DNA from: Clostridia bacterium
GTDB taxonomy: Bacteria > Bacillota > Clostridia > Oscillospirales > CAG-272
Direction of reading: 5' to 3'
Length of the DNA stretch: 35,818 bases
Assembly (NCBI GenBank): GCA_017958705.1
Contig: JAGDCE010000208.1
Coordinates: 1-35,818, forward strand
A program made the translations under genes and the position numbers. Of this stretch, positions 7,682 through 14,695 are shown piece after piece; the stretch's first letter is position 1, and every line of letters begins with the position of its first letter. The notes under the pieces are model-generated. The model was not told where the DNA came from. It saw only the letters and a list, made by a program, of their open reading frames with translations, and ran no database searches.

Positions 7682-8803
7682 TTACTTTTCCGCCTTGTTG
7701 ACCTTGTCGAGCAGGTTGTGTATCCTCGTAACGGGATTGAGCAGATCGCTGATCGTCATATCGTGATTGAGAGTGTCTATGATCAGCGCGACGTATTTGC
7801 AGAGATTGACCTCGCAGTACCACTCACGGGAAAGCAGTTCGGGAGTCCTGTAAATAAGGTTCGTCGTGAATATCTTCGTAATTGCGCCGTCTTCATAGGC
7901 TTTGTCCATCGTGGCAAGACCGTTGCAGAACAGGCCGAACGACGCGAACACGAATATGCGCTTCGCGCCTCTCTGCTTCAGCTGATACGCGATGTCTATG
8001 ACGGAGTCGCCGGAGGAGATCATATCGTCGACGATTATGACGTCCTTGCCGGAAACGTCGTTTCCGAGGAATTCGTGCGCTTCGATCGGGTTCCTGCCGT
8101 TTACTATCACGGTGTAATTGCGGCGTTTGTAGAACATGCCGAGTTCGAGGCCGAGCACGGACGAGTAATACATGCAGCGGGACATACCGCCCTCGTCGGG
8201 GCTGACCATCATCGTCTTGCCCGCCTTGAGCTGTCCGTCGGGAATGTTTTTCACGAACGCCTTGATCATCTGATACGTGACCTGGACGTTGTCGAAGCCA
8301 GCGAGCGGTATGGAGTTTGCGACTCTGGGGTCGTGCGCGTCGAACGTTATTATGTTCGATACTCCCATGTTGACGAGCTCGTGAAGCGCCTGTGCGCAGT
8401 CGAGCGATTCTCTTGCGGAACGTCTGTGCTGTCTGCCTTCGTAAAGCATGGGCATGATGACGGAAATCCTTCTCGCTTTGCCGCCGATAGCCGCGATGAC
8501 GCGCTTGAGATCTGAGAAATGGTCGTCCGGCGACATGCGGTTGATCTGACCGTACATGTTGTATTCCGTCTCAGGTCCGTAGTTGAAGCAGTCGACGATT
8601 ATGTATACGTCCTTGCCTCTCTGCGTCTCGTGGAGCAGACCTTTTGCCTCGCCGGTACCGAATCTGGGGCACTCGGCTTGCGTAACGTACGTTTCTCTTT
8701 CGTGGCCGCGCCAGTCGCAGATGTAATTATCGACCTGATCGACGAAGCTTTTGCAGCCCTTCATTCCGATGATCTCGAGTTCTCCGTGAAAAAAGTCCTT
8801 CAT
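7682..8803 (-). CDS. prs: Ribose-phosphate pyrophosphokinase (PRPP synthetase), long form
   Basis: Motifs: GKDVYIIVD, YEGRQHRRSARESL (flexible-loop equivalent), SPDEGG, and the PRPP/ribose-5-P loop DVIIVDDMISSGDS. ATG 8803 is preferred over ORF-track GTG 8857. At about 373 aa it is longer than classical enzymes of about 315 aa. Confidence 0.85.
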   Translation of the reverse strand: MKDFFHGELEIIGMKGCKSFVDQVDNYICDWRGHERETYVTQAECPRFGTGEAKGLLHETQRGKDVYIIVDCFNYGPETEYNMYGQINRMSPDDHFSDLKRVIAAIGGKARRISVIMPMLYEGRQHRRSARESLDCAQALHELVNMGVSNIITFDAHDPRVANSIPLAGFDNVQVTYQMIKAFVKNIPDGQLKAGKTMMVSPDEGGMSRCMYYSSVLGLELGMFYKRRNYTVIVNGRNPIEAHEFLGNDVSGKDVIIVDDMISSGDSVIDIAYQLKQRGAKRIFVFASFGLFCNGLATMDKAYEDGAITKIFTTNLIYRTPELLSREWYCEVNLCKYVALIIDTLNHDMTISDLLNPVTRIHNLLDKVNKAEK

Positions 8804-8872
8804 TGTTTCCCGTTTCCCGACGTTTTTTATTTTTCCCGGCAGCGTACCGTCGCACACGCTCCGGCAGCTTGT

Positions 8873-9910
8873 TTATTTTGTTATCGTTATTTTTTTCAGA
8901 ACGTCCGATTTGTTCGGGTCGATGCCGCGGATCACGGTCAGTTCGTATGCGAAAAGCTGTACGCATATGGCGAACATGAACGGCGCCGCGTACGCTCCCG
9001 TCTTCGGCGTCAGTATCCCGAATTTCTCAGTTCTTATCAGTTTCTCGCTGTTCGTTATCACGAACACCTCGGCGCCGATCTCGTGCAGGCGCTTTATCAT
9101 CGCCAGATCGTCGTCGTACGTCGCGCCCTCCGCGGATACCACTATCGCGAGATCGCCTTCTTTTACCTGTGCGATCGGACCGTGGTAGAAATCGGATTCC
9201 GGCGCGCCTTTCATCTTGATGCGGTTCGTTTCGAGGATCTTCAGAGCGCCCTCGAGCGCTATCGGATACTCAAGCCCGCGGCCGAGGATGAAAGCGTTGG
9301 TAAGATATCTGTATCTCTGCAGTTTCGCTTCAAGCGCGGCGGGCGCGTATCTGAGCAGATCCGCGGCGTAAGACCAAACGGAATCGAGCTGCTCACGCAG
9401 ATCCCGGTCGCCCGTGAGTTTTTCGCACAACAGCGCGAGCAGATACATCTGCGCCGTGAACGTCTTCGTCGCGGCGATGCTTATCTCCTCACCGGCACAA
9501 CAGCAGAGATGATATTTCGCTTCACGCGCCAGAGGTGAGCCGGCGTCGTTCGTGACCGCAACGGTCAAAGCGCCTTCCTCGTTCGCCTGTTTGAGCACCG
9601 CCAAAACGTCCTCCGCCTTGCCGGACTGCGATACTCCGACGACCAGGTAGCGGCTGAGATCAAGCTTTCCGCCGTATTTCGTTATAACGCTCGGAGTTCC
9701 GAGGGTGCACGGTATCCCGGCGACGATGCCGAAAAGATACTGCGCATAGACACACGCGTGATCTGACGTTCCGCGCGCCGCAAAATAGATCCCGCAGAGT
9801 CCTCTTTTGCGGTATTCGTCGGCGATGGACGAAGCCGTCGTTCCGTTTTTTTCGGCGAGACCGCGAAGCACTGACGGCTGTTCGCAGATCTCATCAAAGA
9901 GCAAAGACAT
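8873..9910 (-). CDS. Two-domain SIS protein (GlmS C-terminal-like; AgaS/FrlB/NagB-II type sugar-phosphate isomerase/deaminase)
   Basis: FAARGTSDHA and VGVSQSGKAEDV motifs, and a second SIS half with GRGLEYPIALEGALKILE. About 345 aa, with no glutaminase domain. Confidence 0.8.
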   Translation of the reverse strand: MSLLFDEICEQPSVLRGLAEKNGTTASSIADEYRKRGLCGIYFAARGTSDHACVYAQYLFGIVAGIPCTLGTPSVITKYGGKLDLSRYLVVGVSQSGKAEDVLAVLKQANEEGALTVAVTNDAGSPLAREAKYHLCCCAGEEISIAATKTFTAQMYLLALLCEKLTGDRDLREQLDSVWSYAADLLRYAPAALEAKLQRYRYLTNAFILGRGLEYPIALEGALKILETNRIKMKGAPESDFYHGPIAQVKEGDLAIVVSAEGATYDDDLAMIKRLHEIGAEVFVITNSEKLIRTEKFGILTPKTGAYAAPFMFAICVQLFAYELTVIRGIDPNKSDVLKKITITK

Positions 9911-9930
9911 AACAGGTTATCCCTTTCTTT

Positions 9931-11319
9931 TTATTTGAGGTCGCTTGAAAGAAATGCTTTGTCAACCGTATCGGTGACGTATTTTTTGAGTCTGTCGACT
10001 CTTATCCTGTCTTTTTCGTGTTCGTTGTACGCGTGCTTTTCGGCAAGCCCGTCGGTGAAATCGGCGAGCAGATACAGCTTCAGTCCGGTGCGGTCCTCGA
10101 GCTTCATCGAAGACGTGTATTCAAAATACGTCACCGTCGGTATCACGCACACGTTTTTGCAGACGCAGGAACCGTCCTCGACGACGATGTCAAGCGACAG
10201 CATAAGTCCTACGAGATTTCTCGCGTACTCCATGGTCGAGACGAAATTGCCGAGAGAATACGCGCAGAGCATCTTTTTGCCGTCGGCGCGGTCGATATAT
10301 TCGATCTTTCCGGCGACGTGACTGTGCGTTCCGACGACGATATCGACGTTGCATTCCGCGAACAGCTTCGCGTATTTCTTCTGCGTCGACGTCACGCCGA
10401 AGTTGTCTTCATCGCCCCAGTGAGGCAGAACTATCACGACGTCGGCGACTTTTTTCGCCGCCGCGACCTGACGTTTCACGGTATCGGTATCGAGCAGAGG
10501 CGTTATATATCCGTCCTCCGCGCGTCTGCCGCTGTTCGTCATCTCGGTATAGGCGAGGAACGCAAACGTTATCCCGTTTTTCTCGTACGTCCTTATATTA
10601 TCGTAATCCGATTTGTTCTCGTAGCTTCCGACCGTGAGGACAGGTTTCGTTTTCCAGTATCTGATGCTGTTTTTAAGGCCCGCGGTCTTGTTGTCAAGCA
10701 TGTGGTTGTTCGCCGTCGTTATAACGTCGAAGCCGAGCGTTATAAGATCGTCGCCCATCTGCTCGGGTGTGTTGAAGCGCGGATAGCCTCCGATCTTCCC
10801 CGCGTCGCCCGCGATCTGCGATTCCTGGTTCACGACCGCTATATCGGCATTTTTGATATAAGACGCGACCGCGTCGTAGATCGGCAGGAAGTTATAAGTC
10901 TGACCGCTGCCCGACGCGTACGCCTTGGCGTTGTTTATAACGGCGTCGTGGCAGAGGTTGTCGCCGCAGAACAGGAACGAAACGGAGCTGCCCGGTTTTG
11001 GCGGATCGGGCTGCGTCACTTTGTCGGGCTCAGTCGTCACCGGATCGGTTGTCGTGGCGGCGGGCGTCGTCGACGCGTCGGTGACCTTGTCGGCCGCCGT
11101 CGTGCCCGGCGAAGGATCCGTACCGTCGGTGTCGGTCAGCGGCGGAAGAGTCTCGTCGCCGCCGGTATCGATCGGTCCGAGCGTCTCGTACGTTATATCG
11201 GGTGAGGTAACGACCGGTCTGTCCGTTTCGGGTATTACGAACGGATCGTCAGCCGCGCAGCCGCACAGAAGTGATGCCGCGATCAGCAGACATACCGTTG
11301 AAAACAGTCTTTTCTTCAT
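9931..11319 (-). CDS. CapA/PGA_cap-family metallophosphoesterase-fold lipoprotein (paralog 2)
   Basis: Lipobox LLCGCAADD, then a T/P/D-rich linker. Motifs: FCGDN, TANNHMLD, LPHWGDE, VGTHSHV, YSLGNFVS. Confidence 0.85.
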   Translation of the reverse strand: MKKRLFSTVCLLIAASLLCGCAADDPFVIPETDRPVVTSPDITYETLGPIDTGGDETLPPLTDTDGTDPSPGTTAADKVTDASTTPAATTTDPVTTEPDKVTQPDPPKPGSSVSFLFCGDNLCHDAVINNAKAYASGSGQTYNFLPIYDAVASYIKNADIAVVNQESQIAGDAGKIGGYPRFNTPEQMGDDLITLGFDVITTANNHMLDNKTAGLKNSIRYWKTKPVLTVGSYENKSDYDNIRTYEKNGITFAFLAYTEMTNSGRRAEDGYITPLLDTDTVKRQVAAAKKVADVVIVLPHWGDEDNFGVTSTQKKYAKLFAECNVDIVVGTHSHVAGKIEYIDRADGKKMLCAYSLGNFVSTMEYARNLVGLMLSLDIVVEDGSCVCKNVCVIPTVTYFEYTSSMKLEDRTGLKLYLLADFTDGLAEKHAYNEHEKDRIRVDRLKKYVTDTVDKAFLSSDLK

Positions 11320-11322
11320 AAA

Positions 11323-12666
11323 TCATCGTAGATAATCCGGCAGAAATTCCGCGGATATATTTGACGTCAGTATCTTATATACTTTCTCTTTCGTTACCTT
11401 CTGGTCCGTTCTGTTGCAGTGGTGTTCGGAGCAGATCGAGTCCGTCAGATCGGACAGAAGGATGAGTTTCTGGTTTTTGTAACTCGGCGTCATGACGGCG
11501 AAGATCGGGATGCAGGCGGCGTTTTCGACACGCGCACCGTCCGTGTCCTTGACGATATCGAAGCTCGCCAGGATGCCGACCATGTTTTTGAGTTCGTCCT
11601 GCGCGTTCAGGCTGTTGCCGAGCGAATAATAGCAGAGCGTTTTATGTCCGTTTTCTCCGTCAAGCCAGCTTATCGGCTGTATGACGTGCGGATGATGTCC
11701 GAGTATCACGTCGACTCCGAGTGACGCCATAAGCTGTGCGTATTCCTCCTGCTCGGCGGTCGGCGTGTGTCTTCCCTCCTCGCCCCAGTGAATCGAGACG
11801 AAGACGAGATCGGATATCCTTTTTGCAGTCGCGACCTGTCTTTTGATCGTTTCCTGATCGAATACCGGCAGATACGTTCCGGTCAGCTTTTCCGGCTCGG
11901 TCTGCTTTTTATACAGGTTCGTGCCGTAGGTATAGGCGAGGAACGCGATGCGCACGCCGTCTTTTTCGTAAACTCTTATGTTCTCGAAGTCCTCGGCACT
12001 CCGGTAAAGCCCGATGATCATCGTGTCGAGCGTGTCGGTGAAATCCATCATATCGGACACGCACGTTTTGCTGTTATATCCCATGTCCGCCATGTGGTTG
12101 TTCGCGAACGACACGACGTCGAAGCCGAGCGTCACGAGATCACGCCCCATGTCCTGCGGAGTGTTGAACTGCGGATACGTGGAATAGCCGTATTTCGACC
12201 CGCACATCGGCGTTTCCTGATTCACAAAGGCGATATCCGCGCCGCTGATAACGGACGCCACGCCTTTGTATTTCGGCTTGAAATCGTATTTGCCGCCGCC
12301 GATCTCGGACTGATTGTACGTCGAGCGGTAAATGATGTTGTCGCCCATTCCGATAAACGACAGCCGCACGGGCTCTGTATAAGGCGCCGGATCTTCCGTA
12401 GTTGTCGCCGGTTCAGTGTCGGGAGGGGCCGATTCGCCTGCCGTCGATTCGCCTACGGTATCGATTCCGGGAAGCGTTTCTGGCGCGGTTATGACCGTGC
12501 GCGTCGTATCGGGCTCCTTTGTCTGTTCTTCAGTCGTATGCGGAACCGTCTCGAACGGATCATCGTTCTGCGCACAGCCCGCGATCAGGATACACGCGAG
12601 CAGTATACAGATGATCGACGCTGCCCGCCGCAATGCCTCGCGGCGGGCGGCGGTGTATCTTCTCAT
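11323..12666 (-). CDS. CapA/PGA_cap-family metallophosphoesterase-fold lipoprotein (paralog 1)
   Basis: ATG 12666 overlaps the kinase TGA (ATGA, 12663-12666). Lipobox LIAGCAQND, then a T/P/E linker. Motifs: IGMGDN, FANNHMAD, SIHWGEE, LGHHPHV, YSLGNSL. Confidence 0.85.
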   Translation of the reverse strand: MRRYTAARREALRRAASIICILLACILIAGCAQNDDPFETVPHTTEEQTKEPDTTRTVITAPETLPGIDTVGESTAGESAPPDTEPATTTEDPAPYTEPVRLSFIGMGDNIIYRSTYNQSEIGGGKYDFKPKYKGVASVISGADIAFVNQETPMCGSKYGYSTYPQFNTPQDMGRDLVTLGFDVVSFANNHMADMGYNSKTCVSDMMDFTDTLDTMIIGLYRSAEDFENIRVYEKDGVRIAFLAYTYGTNLYKKQTEPEKLTGTYLPVFDQETIKRQVATAKRISDLVFVSIHWGEEGRHTPTAEQEEYAQLMASLGVDVILGHHPHVIQPISWLDGENGHKTLCYYSLGNSLNAQDELKNMVGILASFDIVKDTDGARVENAACIPIFAVMTPSYKNQKLILLSDLTDSICSEHHCNRTDQKVTKEKVYKILTSNISAEFLPDYLR

Positions 12667-14141
12667 TTTATCAGCTGTAAGAATCTGGAGTATGCCTCGT
12701 CCCACATATCGGCGTTGCCCTTGGGGAGATATTCTTTTATCTCGAAGCTGTTTCTTATGACGTGGCGCGCTTCATGCAGATCTTTGATCTCGCCCGCGGC
12801 GATAGCCTGGACGAGTATATTGCCTATCGCGGTGCCTTCGACCGGACCGGCGTAGACGGGTCTGCTGCAGCTGTCGGCGCAGAGCTGGCAGAGCGGTGCT
12901 TCCTTGCATCCGCCGCCGACGATGTTGATGAACGGAGTGCGTTTGCCCTTCATATCGTCGATCGCCTCGACCGCCCATCTGTAGCGGAGAGCGAGCGAAT
13001 CGAAGATCGCGCGAACGATCTCACCGACAGTCTCCGGTACGTGCTGACCCGTTTTCTCGCAGTATTCGCAGATACGCTTCGGCATGTTGCCGGGAGCCAC
13101 GAACGCGGGATCGTCCGGGTTGATGAGCGACTGGCAGGGCTTTGACGCCATAGCCATGTCGGAAAGCTCGTCAAACGTGTAAGACGTGCCTTCGCGCTTC
13201 CACTGGCGGCGGGATTCCTGCTCTATCCACAAGCCCATGATGTTCTTTAAGAACCTTATGCTGCCGGCGTATCCGCCCTCGTTGGTGAAGTTGTATTCAA
13301 ACGAGGAATCCGTGATGATCGGCTCGGGTATTTCCGTACCCATGAGCGACCAGGTCCCGGATGAGATGTAGACGAAATCATCGCCCTTCGCAGGCACTGC
13401 GACGACCGCGGAAGCGGTATCGTGTGCGGCGACGTTAACGACGTTCGCCCTGATATCGCCGAGCTCGTCGCGAAGCGACGGGAGCAGCGGTCCGACGGTG
13501 CTGCCGGGCATTACTATATCGGAGAACCATCTTCTCGGGATGCCGAACGCATCGATTATATCCCACGCCCAGTTTCTCGCTTTTGCGTCAAGCAGCGCGC
13601 CGGTGGACGCTATCGAATATTCGGTGTGCTTTTCGCCGGTCAGGAAATAGTTTAGCAGATCAGGGATGAAAAGCAGTTTATCGGCCGCCGCGCAAAGCTC
13701 GGGGTTGTCGCGCAGCTCAGCGACGAGCTGGAAAACGGTGTTGAAATCCATGAACTGGATACCGGTCGTTCCGTAGAGCTTATCCGCGGGGACCGTCCTG
13801 AAGGCTTCCGGCTGGATGTTCAGAGTCCTGCCGTCCCTGTAATGCACGGGGTTGGTAAGCAGCTTGCCTTTTCTGTCGAGCAGACCGTAGTCGACGCCCC
13901 AGGTGTCGATGCCTATGCTCTTTATGTCCTTATCTGCGGACAGGGCGCATTTGTTTATCGCCTGTTTGATCTCGTGGAATATCCTCATGATATCCCAGTT
14001 GAAGGAGCCGGCGATGGTAACGGGTTCGCTTGCGAAACGGTGATTTTCTTCAAGCGTCAGACGCTCGCCGTCAAATTTGCCTATTATGCCTCTGCCGCTT
14101 GAAGCGCCGAGGTCGATGGCAAGCATTTTGAGTTCAGCCAT
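12663..14141 (-). CDS. rhaB: FGGY-family carbohydrate kinase, rhamnulokinase-like
   Basis: ATG 14141 has a perfect GGAGG SD. The ORF-track N-terminal extension to 14228 is unlikely. Motifs: AIDLGASSGRG, IGIDTWGVDYGLLD, NPVHYRDGRT, NIVGGG. No rhaA or rhaD is in the window, so the substrate is uncertain. Confidence 0.8.
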   Translation of the reverse strand: MAELKMLAIDLGASSGRGIIGKFDGERLTLEENHRFASEPVTIAGSFNWDIMRIFHEIKQAINKCALSADKDIKSIGIDTWGVDYGLLDRKGKLLTNPVHYRDGRTLNIQPEAFRTVPADKLYGTTGIQFMDFNTVFQLVAELRDNPELCAAADKLLFIPDLLNYFLTGEKHTEYSIASTGALLDAKARNWAWDIIDAFGIPRRWFSDIVMPGSTVGPLLPSLRDELGDIRANVVNVAAHDTASAVVAVPAKGDDFVYISSGTWSLMGTEIPEPIITDSSFEYNFTNEGGYAGSIRFLKNIMGLWIEQESRRQWKREGTSYTFDELSDMAMASKPCQSLINPDDPAFVAPGNMPKRICEYCEKTGQHVPETVGEIVRAIFDSLALRYRWAVEAIDDMKGKRTPFINIVGGGCKEAPLCQLCADSCSRPVYAGPVEGTAIGNILVQAIAAGEIKDLHEARHVIRNSFEIKEYLPKGNADMWDEAYSRFLQLIK

Positions 14142-14169
14142 TTTATTTATCCTCCGTTTTATTTTCTGA

Positions 14170-14595
14170 TCAGAATTCTCTCCACTCGTCGCAGACGTTC
14201 TCCGGGATTTCGGACAGTCCCGCTTCAACGGCGGCGTTGTGTATGAAATCGCAGATGTCGTCGCTCGTCGTGCTTTCGATGAGTTCGCATTCGCACGCCT
14301 CGTTGAGCTTGTTGAGACGCTTTACGGTGTTCTCCACCGCTTTCATGATCTTCGCATCGTCGGGTTTCTTTGATATCGCGACAAGGTCGTCGATATAACG
14401 TTCAAGGATCGCGCTGCATTTATTGACGTCGTCCATCGTGCAGACTTCGTCGTCAATCAGATCGTCATCCTCCTCTTCGATAGCGTCGTCGTCGAACAGG
14501 TCGTCAAAATAGTCGTCCTCATCCTCAACGCCGAGATATTCGATCATATTGTTTATGATCGTGTCGATGTCATCGTAAAATCTTCCTACAGCCAT
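14170..14595 (-). CDS. Hypothetical highly acidic 141-aa protein
   Basis: SD GAAAGGAA precedes ATG 14595. The N-terminal half is dominated by D/E runs. The C-terminal half looks helical and ends ...ENVCDEWREF. It is the first gene after a promoter-like element. Confidence 0.65.
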   Translation of the reverse strand: MAVGRFYDDIDTIINNMIEYLGVEDEDDYFDDLFDDDAIEEEDDDLIDDEVCTMDDVNKCSAILERYIDDLVAISKKPDDAKIMKAVENTVKRLNKLNEACECELIESTTSDDICDFIHNAAVEAGLSEIPENVCDEWREF

Positions 14596-14633
14596 ATGAT
14601 CAATTCCTTTCCTGAAGCTATCTGTTATTCGTG

Positions 14634-14662
14634 ATTATACCAAAGAAAATAGTATAAATAAA
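14634..14662 (-). promoter_or_regulatory. Candidate sigma-A promoter with extended -10 (TGgTATAAT)
   Basis: The minus strand reads TTTATT-17 nt-(TGg)TATAAT about 40 nt upstream of ATG 14595. A separate perfect TTGACA at 14681-14686 has no well-spaced -10. Confidence 0.4.
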
Positions 14663-14695
14663 GTCTTATGATGAAATTTTTGTCAAATTTCGGGT

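Noticed and set aside
7331-9538. Long plus-strand ORFs (394 aa and 339 aa) antisense to prs and the SIS gene
   Set aside because: They have the Arg/Val/His/Phe-rich, motif-free composition typical of shadow frames opposite genuine genes. The minus-strand products carry clear family motifs.
10018-12855. Long plus-strand ORFs (395 aa and 362 aa) antisense to the two CapA genes
   Set aside because: Same reasoning. They are Arg-rich low-information translations opposite genes with clear PGA_cap motifs.
14142-14228. N-terminal extensions suggested by the ORF track (here for the FGGY kinase; likewise 18768-18890 for era, 6355-6423 for the kinase, 8804-8857 for prs, and 23179-23265 for the aminotransferase)
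   Set aside because: The internal starts have proper SD sequences or classic start/stop overlaps, and they give N-termini matching the family norm. The extensions are Arg/Ser-rich or overlap the upstream gene.
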